NCBI GenBank assembly: GCA_964252035.1
Contig: OZ176216.1
DNA length: 64,000 nucleotides
From: Podarcis erhardii
Lineage: Eukaryota
Direction: 5' to 3' (one strand)
The notes beneath the pieces are model-generated. The model was not told the origin of the DNA. It was given only the letters and a program-made list of their open reading frames with translations, and did not search any database. Below are positions 1 through 13,460 of the stretch, one piece after another. The position numbers were made by a program, and so were the translations under genes. The stretch's first letter is position 1; each line of letters begins with the position of its first letter.

Positions 1-1763
1 CTTTGGCTGGGGCAATTCTCATTCCAGCAGCCAACAACCCAGAAAGACCCAATGCACCCTGAAAAAGAGTGGACTATGCAAAACCCTGAAGAATATTACT
101 TGCCTTGCAGAGTGCAATGGCACCAACTTCATGCGTCTCAAATTTCAGCTTTGAGTAGAAAATACATCTCTACCATGTTCTTAAAAGTCTAATTTTATGG
201 ATCATAAATTTTGTTTATATGTGAAATATAACAGAAAAAGTTCACGAGGAAAACTTTTTTTTCCTAATATAGTCATCATGTATCAGACTGCAGACCACGA
301 AGACAAACAGTTCCTGTCAGTTCTCTTTAGTACAACAGTAAAAATCAGCATTGTGTGGCTCTTGGGACTGATTCTCATGTTGCATTTGTTTTCAGCTTGG
401 TATGGGGAAGTGTTTCTATTTGGTAATGTAGAAGCAATCTAGCCAGCACATTTGTTTTGTCACATTTTTGACACTGCTCAAGAAGATCCACGCGTACAAA
501 AATTATACATGGGATCTGACTCCTGTTCACCCACTTCAGCTTGTATATGTGTATAGCAGTTCAGCCCACTAACTTTCCCCCATGCTCCAGATTTACGTCT
601 TCAAACATTAGAAATTACAGGAAAGCCACCCGAAACAACTTGCATTAATACGAAGAGCTTCGGTACAGATCTGACTCCTGTGCTTAGTAAGTAGAAGGCT
701 CAGGGGTTGATTGTGGTTTAGCCTGATGATATCGTTGCTGCCGGGCTACTGAGCCATACATACTGCTGATGAAATGTGCACTTTGTGTAAAGCCCAGCAC
801 TCACGTGGTTCAGGCAATTTTTAACCACTCTCAAATGGAAGAGCCATAACACTTCAGTACCACTGCACCAAGTAACTCTGCGGTTAGACAACCTGTGCTT
901 CTAGATGTGAAACCTCACGTAGCTGGAATAACACATAGGCCTGAAGCAATATCCAATGCTCAAGACACTGTGAGTGAAAACCACCACCGGCAGAACGATT
1001 GTATCACCCTAGGTCTCTTCATACAAAATTTTTCAAGGAGGCAATCATTAATCAGGGTAGAGCAATTTCAATAATTAAGAAAGAGGGTAGATAAATTAAG
1101 CTTCCAACTTTCTAATCCATGTACAACCGCACATACCAACTGAGCACTATAAAAATTAAAATGGACTTTTGAAATGGAATGTGGCTACACTACCTGGGGC
1201 ATAATCTAAAAATTCTAATCAAGTAGCCCACGTGCCTTTTATACTACAGTATTTATATCTGCTTGTGGGATTGTGAGATTAAGGATTTCTGTTTGGCTGT
1301 CTCTATATTTGTTAATGGACTCTCTATGACACTTTGTAACTGTAGTTCTCTGTACATACTCATGCAAAGGGACTGAGCAAGTTTATTTACTTAAAGACTA
1401 AGGTCCCTAAAACTTTGCAGGAGCAAAGGCCAATAGATGCAAGTTAGTACAGTGTTTCTACATGACATAGATAGTATCTGGCTGAAAGTCTAAATTGTCA
1501 TGATACAATTATAAATAGTATTTTATATTATAGTGTTTAACAACAAGAATTGCATATTTCTGTTTCTGGTTGATTCTTTTACAAAGAAAAACTGGTTTGA
1601 CAGAAGATCATGGCTTCAATTTGTATATGCTTTTATTACATCCAAATATCTGAAGATCAAAGTAATGTTTTGTAAATAATAAATAAATTTATTTTTTAAA
1701 AGATCATTGATTTTTACCAACTCAGTAGAACACAATCCCTTTATTATTTGTGTGCTTGCGTGA

Positions 1764-1793
1764 GCGCGCACACACACACACACACACACACAC
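1764..1793. repeat. (GC)3(AC)n microsatellite
   Basis: Read directly. Confidence 0.95.
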
Positions 1794-4166
1794 TAATATG
1801 CTAGCATCTTTTCTCAACAATAATAATAGTATCAGCCCATCCATCTTGCAAGAGGATTTTTTTTAGTATCTCTCTCTACGGAAATAAAAGCCTTGTCAGG
1901 AAAGCCTATTTTATGATAGCACCATAGAGCCCTCAATATAGCTTCCTCTTTCCACACAGATGGACAGAAAAAGGAATAAAATAAAGGGATTCGCTTTATC
2001 ACAAGAGCTCAGTTCCCCTTTGGGCCTTTGATAAATGCACTGGGACCATCAATAGGTGACGTTGGGAGCTCTTGGCTTCCATCAGGCACAAGCAGAAGTA
2101 CTCATTGCTAAAAAAACAAACAAAAAACCACCACATACATCTTCAGGTAGTCCTAATTATGTAAACAAGCGACAACAGTGACAAGCTGAAAGCGCCACGC
2201 TTTCTAAATGGGTAGCAGGCCACCCTGACAGTTGGCTACAAGTTTAAGCGTATCACAGAACCAGAGTGTACATCAAAAGCTCAAATATTAGGGAGCAGGG
2301 ATCTGTAGCCAGCTGGAATCCTGCCCAGAAGCTCTTTGTATTGCTTGGCTATGCCTATGGTAATGGGGAATGTGCCATCAATGCCAGCTCAGAGATGGAT
2401 TAACTGGAGGTGGGGGCAGGAGAAGAGATGAAAAAATCCAAAAATAGCTTTTCCAACCGTGCAGGACAAATTGCTAGAACCAATGTATTATGATTAGGGT
2501 TAACACCATGGGGAATAGAATGTGAATGAGTGAAATATAACTGGAATTGTGCTGCCAAACAGATTCCCTTGCAAATAAATAATAATAATAAATCACATAC
2601 ACAAACCAAAAACAATTCCCCCCATTTCAAAAGTAAAGACAATGAGCAATATGCAGCTCAGATTTTTAAAAGCTGGATGTAGAGCCCTGTTGTGAAGCTT
2701 GATCAAGTGATTAATGAACACGTCAGTGGTGAACACCCCTTGTACTTGTGAAAGCACACAGGTCGACTAAGATCTTCTGCCAACAGCCAGATCATGCAAG
2801 CCACAGCTTTGCCCATTTCTCTTTCAAATGCTTGCTGTATTATGGGATGGCATTAAGCTGAACATCTCAAAGTTCTAGCCATTAAGTTTTAAACCTTGCA
2901 CTTCATAATGCCTGACCTAAAGCTTCTCTTCTTTTCTTGTGCCACACTTCTCAATCTCTCCCTCCAGTTCAAATAATTTTATCTCGGACTCTCATCTTTA
3001 AGCTGTTCCCTATGCCATCTATCATTATGTGCTTAGAAGAGCAGCCCCTCCTGCAGTTTGCCACATGTAATGATCCTCAGCCCACCAAGAAGAACAGTAA
3101 AATGCAACTAGATACCCTCCTGTCATCTAGCAATAAACTTGATGTTTTCTGACTATGTCTAATTTGGACTGGTAGTGGGACTTCAACACCTCAAGTAGAG
3201 TTTCTTTAGCTGGAGATGTTGGGCACAAAACCAGGGACCATTTGCATCCAAATCATATGCTAAACCAATGAGCCATGCCCCACCATCTTAGTTTTCTTTC
3301 CACCACCATTTGTCACCTACCAATCTACCCTCATCCTCACTTGTCAACCCACATCCATTTTACTTCCAATATAAATTAAACCCCCTGGCCTGGCCCTTTA
3401 ACACCTTTATAGCCCCAAGCAGAACACTGCAAACCTGTGTGCATGGAAGGAGACTAGAAGTAAGCCACCTTGCAAGTTTCATTACTGAGGGTTGCACAGA
3501 AATGTGAAGAATTGTTAACACAGAAGTGGCTAAGGTTAGACAACAGTCCACAGAAACGAATGCCCTTGGCCTAGTTTATATTTCAACATTGATTTGCAAG
3601 TGTCTTCATTCCACTATCAAGTTTTTAGGGTTGTTGTTTTTTAAGTTTACTCAGGCTCTGTGACAATTAGAAATGCCTCTCTCTGAATCAAAGTGTTCCT
3701 GCTAGAACTAATTACTATCAAACATGCTAAGCAATGACAGCCCTTTGAAGAAATAGCTGGAAGTCACCTTACAAAGACCTCAGACTCAAACACCTCATTG
3801 TTGTTAGGGAAACCAAGTCTTAGACAAAGGGTGAAACTGCAACTGATAACATCCAAAAAACAACATGATGGTACAAGAATCCATTTGGGATCAATACCAC
3901 CACATTTTTTTCAAAAGCACTTACATATTTAAAGCTTATTGAAAATTGTTAGTATTAGAAAACAAAACAACTTAAACGATTAAAAAATCCATTAACTGAA
4001 GCTGCATTACAAGGAAAGGAAGGCACACATATTTAGTATGTTACAGGATAGGGGAAGGGTGCAGTTTCTTCTGTCTCTCCATTACAATTTCTTTTAGTGG
4101 AATGGAAAGAACGATGAACAACTGAAGCAAAGAAACTGATATATAGATCAACACCAGCTGTTACAA

Positions 4167-4305
4167 CAGGGGTGGGGAACAAGTGGCTCTCCAGAGGTTA
4201 TTGAACTACAACACCTATCATCCCTAGCCACTGCCAATGCTGCCAGGAGCTGATGGAAGTTGGAGTCCCAACAGTATCTAGAGGCCTGCAGGTTCTTTGG
4301 CACTG
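4167..4305. mobile_element. hAT-type MITE (139 bp), older subfamily
   Basis: CAGGGGTGGGGAAC...GTTCTTTGGCACTG; perfect 8 bp TSD TGTTACAA (4159-4166, 4306-4313); internal GAACTACAAC/CATCATCCC arms as in the 16087 family. Confidence 0.8.
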
Positions 4306-5022
4306 TGTTACAAGAAGCACTAACCAGCAGTTGCCTTCCACCTCTTGTTTCCATTGAACTATATGAAAGAAGGGAAACTTGGGAGGAGGGCAAGGGGAAA
4401 AGGCAATGCTTCAGAGACACATTCAGCTGGCATATCTGCCCTCAGCATCTTTCCTGCTGGAGTTCACCTTGACAAAAAGCAGGGGTGCAAAGAACAAAAG
4501 ACAGAAGGACAAAGCACTCAACTCATACCCTTGCAGGTGCCTCACAGAATATTTGCAGCTCTCTACAATTGCCTCATTTCAAGTTTTATCATGTGGGAGA
4601 TGCTAAAAAGGGACAAGCCTGCCAATATTTTATTGTATCATATTCATGCCAGAGCTTCAAAACCTAGAAGAGACACACTCACTAAGAAGAGATTGTGTAT
4701 AGATTGACTTGAAAGGTAATAAAACAGAGATAGCATTGCCTACAGTACATATGTTCATTTGTTTATTTATTTTTGTCCTGCTATGATCTCTGGGCAAACA
4801 GTTCTTATTTTTGTATTTTTAGCAACAGAGCAAACGGTATGCATCATAATACCAACACATATAAATAACATGATCACTAAGGAGAAGGAATTATGAAGAC
4901 TTACAGTACGCACAATGGAGGGGTGAAAGAAGTACGGGGGGAACCTCAAAGATCAGTGTTGGAAACTGTGCTTTTTAACTTGTGCATATATATGAATTAA
5001 GAGTAGAGAGTGAGAAGTGAGG

Positions 5023-5610
5023 TACCCAAGTTCACTGATGACACCAATTTGTTTGGAGTGTTAAGAAAGTCCCAGGGTATAGCCTGAAGGCACCTGAGGC
5101 CACCAACTTGCTGAAACTAAGGAGGTGACCACCTGGGAACAACATATACACTGCCTTTGGTTCAATGGTGAAAGGAAGGTGGGATACAAACAAAAATAAA
5201 AAGGGACTGTGAGGAGTTCCAAAAGGGTATCTCCTAACTGGATGACTGGGCTGTGGTAAAATGGCAAATGTAATTCAGTGTAAGCAAGTGTAAAATGATG
5301 CACAGTGGGGCCAAAAAAAATCCCTTACTTCCCATATGTGCTTAAGGGGTCTGAACTGGCAGTGACTGACCAAGGAAGGAGATCTTAGGATTTGTGGTGG
5401 ATAACTCAATGCATATGTTAACTCTGTGTTTGGCAGCTGTGGAAAAAGCTAATTCCATGTTGAGGATTGTTAAGAATGGATTGAAACTGCCAATGTCATA
5501 ATGCTGTTATACAAAACTATGGTGTGACTGCATTTTGAATACTGTGTTCATTTCTGGAATACAGTGTTCAGTTCTGGTCGCCGCAGCTGAAAAAGGAAAT
5601 TGTAGAGTTG
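5023..5610 (+). mobile_element. CR1 LINE fragment (degenerate RT C-terminal part) with an internal insertion
   Basis: AAGTTCACTGATGACACCAATTTG (K-F-A/T-D-D-T motif), TGGCAAATGTAATTCAGTGTAAGCAAGTGTAAA, GAATACTGTGTTCAGTTCTGG; frameshifts and stops. Confidence 0.8.
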
Positions 5611-5704
5611 GAAGTGTGCATGCACACGAAAGCTCATACCTAGAACTAACTCAGTTGGTCTTTAAGGTGCTACTGGAAGGAATTTTTTTATTTTGTTTTA
5701 ACCA
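5611..5704 (+). mobile_element. Truncated copy of the same Penelope-like repeat (3' half of the hammerhead only)
   Basis: 93/94 nt identical to the reverse complement of 36228-36321; lacks the CUGA core. Confidence 0.85.
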
Positions 5705-8700
5705 AAATTATTGTGAGCTTCTGGATTGACTGGAAATTAGCCACTGATTTGCAAAGGGGCAGGGGGGGAGGACAGCTCCATCCTAGACTTGTTTGTAGTA
5801 TAATGCCACAGTGGGCTGTATCAGTCTTCTTTACTGTGGGTCAATGCTTCTCACAAGTTTCTGAAGTACAACAAAAACCTGTTGGACCTGACATAAGCAA
5901 ACCATGGAGGAAATAATGAACTTGTTTATTATTGTGCGGGGAGTTGTACTGTTTCGCCACCTGCAAGCCCAGGGATGTGTTACACTAGCATATGGCCATT
6001 AACTTACTACTGGACCTATGGTTGCCACTGACCCTTTTTGCTTGGGAGTCCACAGTTTGCTACATTTGATGCATCACATTTTGCTGCCTCTGCTTTTTAA
6101 GCTCCCACAGTAGCTCTGAGCAAGTTCGGTGGAATGGAGTTGGGACAGAAGCATAAAAACACACACAATGGCATTACTTTCAGAATTCAGTGTGTCTAGT
6201 TGCCCAAAGAGTCAAAGCTGGAATAGAAGTAGATTCACTTTTTAAAGCAAATAATTTCCTCTACTCCCTTAAGCATTCCAACGATCAGGACAGCCACCTC
6301 ATGAAACTCTTGACAGCCAAAGAAATAATTAGTGACCTTATCTGGTTGTTTATTTAAATTTATGAAGGCTGCTTTCACTCTGGTCAAGAATCTGAAACCC
6401 ACATAGAACCACCTTCTAAGCTGTAAGATCCTAGCACTATTCCTTTGTACCAGGTTGTGAGTTAATTTCAGTTTACAGTTCCATGTAGTTGGTTTAATCA
6501 GCAGGGGATATGCTTACATTGTCTAATATATACACCTTATTGCAGCTCTTGTTCTCATTGGACTGTGTTGATGATAACACATGTAGCAACACAGAACTAG
6601 CAGTGTTTCAATGTGAACTGTTAAAAGTGAATCCTAATAGTTTCACTTTAGCTACATCACTTGAAGAGTCTTTTAAATACGATGGAAATGCCTGAACAGA
6701 TTAAGGTTTTGATCTCTTACACAAACTAAGATTTAAATAATTAAAACTTGAAAGGGTTTCCCCACCCAACTTGTAAATTGAGGAAACTGGCATTTCCAAT
6801 TTTGTACACTGACATGCTTACAACATATCATTGCTCAACTTCCTTGCTCAAGCTCTTAGTGCATGTGGTTAATAAAAGAAAGCCAAGCTTCATTACACCA
6901 TTGGCACTGCTTTCTTCGTACCATGCCGAAACTAGTTGACAAAGCCAGCTCAATGAAGTGAAAAACAAAAAGGCAGTAAGATGTCAGGGTCTCTGGGAAA
7001 TGTATTACTTCCATCTGGCTGCCTATTTCCCTACACTAAAAAAAAAACATTCTTGCCCAACACCCTATAGGCAAGCATTCGTGACAATACAGGCAATATT
7101 TTATTCAGCTGCCTCAGGCAAACATTTGCCTAGAGTGCAGATGGCCAACTGGCAGCTGCTCATGGACTGCGTTCCCCCTGCAAGATGACTTTATAAAGCC
7201 CTGAGACCTACCTGCAACCACACAGAGATGGCCAGGGTGGAAAAGCAACTGGATCCTATGAGTGAGGACAGATCCCATCTTTTCTGTGATGTACAGGATT
7301 ATAGGAAGCTGCCTTATATTGAATGAAATAAGATGACTGGAAGCATCTCTCCAAGGTTGTAGAGAGCAATCCTACCTGCATTTGCAGGGATCTAATCAGG
7401 GTCCTTTTTGCATGTAAAATGCATGATGTCTGGTGCTCATCCCCTACTAAAACAAAGTCGGTTTACCCTCATCTCTACCCGATCCCTCTGTGGCCTCCCT
7501 TTCCTGAATTTTGGGCTTAGCTCCTTAAGTCAGAGATCTGTCTTCTGTTGCTCTGTAAGGCATCATGCACAATATAGGTCACCAGCCATAGGCCCCAGAA
7601 ACCTTCCCAGACACCCACCAGATCCTGCCCACCTCTTCTTTCCCTGCTGGAATTAAGCTTGCCGGATTACAGCACATGGGGCATTTTCAGAGAGAGGGAG
7701 TGCAGCTGAAGGAAGAAGCTACTCTCTCCCCTCCCCAGCTATTCCACCCCCACCTAAACACACTGAAAACACCTCTCTCACACCATAATTAGGCTTCAAA
7801 GAAGCCTTTTTACCAACTACAATAGCCTTTCTTGAAGCTGAATTACAACAGAGTAGAGCAATTTCAAGGGTTTCCAGCTGTGACCTCCCCACCCCCCAAA
7901 TCCCCCTTCCCTTGTTGCAATTAGGCTTGAGGGGGGAGCCTCCCATATATATAATTAATTAAATGGGTATTTTATAGTACCCGTGACATTTTCTTAAAAT
8001 TCCAAATCTTTCCCCAGGCTCAAAGGGTGGGGGCTAGGCTAGAGGCTGATCTAAAGCAAATCATGCTCCATTGGGTTGAAGCTGGTTGTTCATCATATTT
8101 GTTTCCTCCTCCCAGGCCCCATAAATTAGAAACTCGCCCCAAAACCTTTGATTTTCATCATGAGTTAAGTGCAACAGAACAACACTTCCATCACCTCAAA
8201 CCAAAATCTCAAATGGGAGTCAAGCTAGGATGTGGTTATAAGCAATGATTCATAGTGGAGGAGGGTAAAACACCCCAAAGAACGCCATCTTTTTAGAAAT
8301 ATTTTCCAGTGTCCATTGTGGGAAAGAACATATCTCTGTACAACAGAGTTTGCATTTTCTACTCAGAGGCCCTAGATAAGCTGCACTGGGTAGATCACAG
8401 AGGACTCAGGGAAGGCGATCCTTTCTAACATTCTGTAGGGCCCCAGCCATCTGCCTCTATCTAGAGGTAAAAGCAGCTAACCAACAGCAAAATGAGCAGA
8501 CCTTGCCTTTCTCCAACAAGGGATACCTCAAGCATGCAATGCTGAATCACACTGAGGAACAGGATAACTTCTGTCTGTGCCAAAAGCATTAAGTATAGCA
8601 ATGGGTGGGTTTGCCTATATTATCTAGGACTTGTGCCTTTTTAGCATTCTTCTCTGATGCAGTGTATGTTGCTCGCAAGCACAGATTATCTCGCTTTCAG

Positions 8701-9579
8701 TACACCATAAGGTCACGGCTGGAAAAATCCTTGACACCTAGTCTCTAAGCACCAGCACTGCATCTCTATTTTACCCAGTTTTTATAGGGTTGGTTCCTGC
8801 TTCTTTTGGTGCTGAAGTATTTAGCTGCCAAGAATTCAAATATCTGATTTTGGCTCCTAGGAATTTGAATATATTTTTAGTCCTTTATAAGGGTTACCCA
8901 CTCCCACTTAGAGGGATTTAGCAATTAGGTTTTCAAGGAAATATTAAAAGAGTTATGGCTTTCCACCACTACAATCGGTGTGCCTCAGTAATAAGTTTTA
9001 GGTCTAAATGAAAAGAAAAGTTTCACAAGAGCCTGCTTTGTAGTAAAAGTTTGACCTGCAGCAAATCATTTGATTAGCCCCATTCAAACACCTTCTGGCC
9101 ATTTAACGCAGCCCACCTACCTTCTTGCCTTGCAATGCATACTCTCAAAAGTGATCTGGACAGTTCCAATAGTCAGGAACATCTGGATGCTTCGTCACCT
9201 TGCTTATTTCCACAGTTGTCATCTTATACAACCTTTTCATCTCCTTCCAAGCAAGGCTTATACGAGCAACATGTGTGTTGTTATTATGTATTTTAAGAAG
9301 CAATTTGAGCAATGAGGTTTGCTTCCCCACCCATGCCTTTCCCAGTGTTAAGTCTTAAGAGTAAGAGATAAAAGATGACAGAACCAGTAAAGATAAAACT
9401 AGTAAATTACTATCAGCTATAAATCACCCAAGCCATTTCTGAGTTCCCCTTTATTACTCTAGTAAAGGAAAGACCCTTGCTCTGAAGAGGTATTGGCTTT
9501 AAAAGAGCATGAATGTCAACAAGTCTGGTCAGAATTGGAGCTGTGGCACTCGTATCGTGTGCAGGATTCACTTGTGGTA

Positions 9580-10024
9580 CCGTATTTTTCTGTGTATAAG
9601 ACGCTCCCATGTATAAGATGACTCCTATTTTTGGGGGACTGCAACAATAATTTTTTTTGGGGGGGGGGAATTGACCAAAGTTGTTGCGCTTTTTTTGGGG
9701 GGGGGGTGTCACCACCGCCAATCGCTCTACAGCATGCCCACCACTGCAAATCACACACATCGCCGCAGACACCAATCATCTGCACGCTCGACGCCAAAAG
9801 CCCACCTGACCACTTGACAAATCCACAAACGATTGCACGCATGCCTTGCCGCTGCCATAAATCAATCGCCCAATTGCCGCAGTAAATCGTCGGCAGGCCA
9901 ATCTCCTGCTGGCTGTTGCCACCAATCACCCGTTCCCCCTCTGCTATCCACGTATAAGACAACCCACAATTTTTGCCTATTATTTCTAAGGAAAAAATAT
10001 TGTCTTATACATGGAAAAATATGG
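9580..10024. mobile_element. Non-autonomous Tc1/mariner-superfamily (Tc2/pogo-like) DNA element
   Basis: Terminal inverted repeats CCGTATTTTTCTGTGTATAAGAC / GTCTTATACATGGAAAAATATGG; TA on the left flank; GC- and CpG-rich interior. Confidence 0.75.
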
Positions 10025-11004
10025 TTATTGATTATTGTTACAGTCTCAAGCCACCATTAACCCCCCCCCCCAACTATGTTTTAAAGTATGTGGCACTTTG
10101 TCATCAACCTGGCATTCTTAACAGTTCAAAGATTTGTAAAATCTACCCAGAAATGAAAGCTTTTGGAGGGGGGCACAAATGATATCCAACACTGCTCTGT
10201 CTGTCTACTTTGTGTCTTTTACTCACCCAAATAAGACCTGGCAAAGCCTTTTCCAAACGTTTTGTAGCAATTATCTTTTCATCTGCTCTAATGTTTTAAG
10301 TTAACTCTAAATATAGTAATAGATTAGCCGGATGAGTCTAGGCAGACTGTTGCCATTAAAATCTTTAGCACTGTAAGCTGGTAAACTCCCTAAGAGGAAC
10401 AAAAAACAATTCTTATTTAAATCACTGTCCTTGGCTAGGTGGATACCATCTACATCCTCTTTGAACTGACAAAAGGAATATTAGCAAATTCACTTTCTGA
10501 ACAATGCAAGTATATAAGAAATTGGGGGTGAGGTCCTGAGGAATATATCATTTCTACATGCACAGCATATCCACAAATAATGCAAATACAGAAAAAGTTA
10601 TTGAAGCCAACAAGAAGCAAGGATCATAATTTGTTAATTACATGTCCTCTTGGCCCATATACATTATCTGTTATAAGGCCAAGTTCTTAGACACCTGGGA
10701 GATTTTAATTTGAGTAGCTGAGGATCAAGTCTGAGCATTTAGCCCCTCTACACTGGAAGATCCACAAGCCTTTTTTATTGTACCATTTTGAACCTAAAAC
10801 TTCATATATAAGGCTTGGCGCCAAACTAAATGTGATTACTAAACGAGACCTAATCAAGAATCTCCTGTAGGTTAAAAACCCACACTGATTAGCAGGGGTA
10901 GGTGACAGCTGTGTTAGCATGTAAGCATGTGTGAGTGACAGAATATGAATCTGATCAGTATCTTGGCATCAAAGGTGATGCCACCAAGCAATTTTGTTGC
11001 TTAA

Positions 11005-11005
<1 letters not shown>

Positions 11006-11048
<43 letters not shown>
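11006..11048. repeat. (CA)21 microsatellite
   Basis: Read directly. Confidence 0.95.
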
Positions 11049-11050
<2 letters not shown>

Positions 11051-11911
11051 CAACACCACCAAAGGTGGAAGGAGTGGAAAGATAAACGGTTTATCTTCAG
11101 CTGCTATTGAGTTTTTAGAAGACAGCAAGAGATCCTGATCACAGACTTCTCGTGTCATACGCAGTTGAGGCTTTAAAGGTCAGCAGTGAACAAAAGCCAA
11201 TTCTTGGCAATGATCTTAACCAGAAGCATCTTATGAACCCAAGATAACCTGCTGCCGAAAACATCTAAAATATAGCCAGAGTACCAACAGTACTGGGTCA
11301 CTGCCCAAGTAATGTATCATAGACTGCAAAGCCAGGCAACTACAGAGTTATGCTCTGTTATACAATATGAACTAAAGATCACCCCTTTATTCCATACAGT
11401 ATTGAAAATCAGAATACTCTTTGGTCATAAGCAAGCATTAAAAGGGTTAAAAAAAGAAATCTACACTTTGACCATAACACTTTAAAACCATTGATAATGT
11501 AACTAACTCCACTCTGCATGTGCTTCAAGGCACAGCCACATGTTTCAAAACTATTATGTCAGCAACAATGCAGTACAAAATCATTTATCTGCAGCCATTT
11601 TGGGGGAACTCTCCTACACATTTTCAGTAGATAAGGGGGGAGTGGTGCACTCTAAACCCTTACCGATGGGATTATTCATTCATGTTATCTAAAGATGACC
11701 ACAAATACTTACACTCACACCCGCCTCCCTAACTCCCCCTCTGATCAGCAACCACATGCCATATGGGCTATGACAGCTGGCCTACCTACCACCTTTCCAG
11801 AGGCCAGAAAGCTCAAAGATTAAGAAATTCAAAAGCAGCAGGCATTTTTATAGGCTGGAGTCAAATCAACACCTACCTCATTTAAGACTGTTTATTTAGT
11901 GTTTAGGATAC

Positions 11912-11967
11912 ATTTCTTCAAAGTAGTCAATGTGTGGTGGCTGGAGTATGTCGAGAGCAGAGAGCAC
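11912..11967 (-). CDS. NLK: Nemo-like kinase, third coding exon (56 nt; absent from the ORF track)
   Basis: Read by hand: TTTTGTAG|GTG CTC TCT GCT CTC GAC ATA CTC CAG CCA CCA CAC ATT GAC TAC TTT GAA GAA AT|GTATCC = VLSALDILQPPHIDYFEE(I). In phase with exon 2. Confidence 0.97.
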
Positions 11968-12424
11968 CTACAAAACAAGGGGGAAGCTGATTTGGTTACA
12001 TGTAATACACCAGAAATCCTCACTTTAGAGAAGCAACTGTGAAATCAAAGACAAGGCTTTCTTTTCAACTCACAACTACGCTGCCTCCACCTTTAGTTGA
12101 GGGGAGAGATGCAAAGTTGAGAGGCCTTCACAAAGAAAAAGGGCACTACTGATGTCTGATCAAAGAAAAAATTGCAGAACTGACGTTTCCAGCAAATGAT
12201 GGTCCTTGTACTGCTATGTATGTCATAATCCTTTATGTCTGCTTTATTCAGATTTTCTCAACCCACAGACTATATGCACAATATCTTTGCTCATAACTTC
12301 TTAGGCAAGGTCTTCTCCAAAGTCTGCAACTTTATTACACTTAAGTATTTGCAACTTAAATTCCTCCTCTTTGCAACAAATTTACTTCATTTTATTTTCA
12401 TACCCCACCTTTCCTCCAAATGAG

Positions 12425-12780
12425 AACAAGGTAGCTTCATGGGGACACGGGAAAGGGCCTTCTTGGTGTCTCCTCCAAAATTCTCCCTGCCTAGAAAAGC
12501 TAGATGGGCTCCCTCCTGGTCCTTCTGCTGGAAGGTGAAGATCTTGTTCCCAACAGGATTTTGGGAACTGACTGCTTTTAATAAACACCATGCTGTTTTT
12601 ATTGTAATTATTTGTATGTTTTAACAGATTTTATACATGTACATAGTTTTAATTCTAGTAATGATTTTTTATGATTGGTTTTTCTATGTTTTTAGCGATT
12701 GTTGGTTTTATCTGTTTTTATCTGTAAGCTGCCTTGAGTCCCATCAGAGGAAAAAAGGGTATAAACAACAACAACAAAAA
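12425..12780 (+). mobile_element. L2-type LINE 3' end
   Basis: GGGCCTTCTTGGTG...; T-rich tract, then TGTAAGCTGCCTTGAGTCCCATCAGAGGAAAAAAGGGTATAAA and a (CAA)n tail. Confidence 0.6.
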
Positions 12781-12794
12781 GCAGCAATGTAATG

Positions 12795-13460
12795 AAAAAA
12801 ATATAATATATAATAAAACCATAAATCCATTACAACTCCAATCAGCATCAAAATCATCAGGTTTCAAAGACCTGGATAAATATTTCGACCTGTCATCTAA
12901 ATACCTCTAATGTGGAGGATAGTCATCTCTCAATCAGGAGGAAGTGCCTTAAATTGGGTGCCACCACCAAAAATGCCCCATCTTTTATGACTGTCCTGCC
13001 CACCACACTAGCTGGCGGGGACACAAGCAGGGACTTTCAGACAGATCTTAGGGCTTGGAAAACCAGGTACGATAGTAGGTGTCCTGCCAAGTATTTAGGT
13101 CCCAGGCCATCTAGGATTTTACAGACTGACGTCAACCCCTTGTGTTGGGCCTGGTAGCTTACCAACTGTCAGTGCAGTGCCTTCAGAGATATGACCCTAT
13201 AGGGCTGTACCCACTAACTAGCAGTCAGCAGAATCTTGCAGCAGCTGCTTTTGGGGGAAGTGCCACATGGAATGCACTGTAATATGGGGAATCTATGGAA
13301 AGTTATCAGAGCATAGATGGCTGATACTGGTCTGGGAATGGCTGCAGCTGACGAACAAACTGTAGATGGGTACAGGTGCTCCTCACCATTGTGGTAGCTT
13401 GGCCTCCAGTGGCAGCTTGGACTACAAACCTGCTCTTTCCAGAGAGTGCTATTCCACCTG
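12795..13460 (-). mobile_element. L2-type LINE 3' fragment, opposite orientation
   Basis: GGAGGAAGTGCCTTAAATTGGGTGCCACCACCAAAAATGCCC and GGGCTTGGAAAACCAGG motifs typical of reversed L2 3' ends; degenerate. Confidence 0.5.

Larger units (their letters stand above)
1..11911 (-). other. NLK: NLK intron after coding exon 3, U12-type, incomplete (continues beyond the window)
   Basis: Donor reads GTATCCTAAAC (U12 consensus RTATCCTT). The next exon (YVVTELMQSDL...) was not found by eye in 1-11900. Confidence 0.82.

Noticed and set aside
721-790. Other CTGATGA heptamers (723, 766; also 17241, 56933, 63965)
   Set aside because: No stem II plus GAAA plus UH geometry; not hammerheads.
490-1020. 14 bp direct repeat GATCTGACTCCTGT (~513 and ~668) and a nearly open frame at 727-1070
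   Set aside because: No TIR, LTR or recognisable protein; the frame has an internal stop; insufficient evidence.
1-11900. Search for NLK coding exon 4 (YVVTELMQSDLHK...)
   Set aside because: Not found by eye. GTATGTGGTGG near 2128-2138(-) lacks the following TELMQ codons. The exon is probably left of the window.
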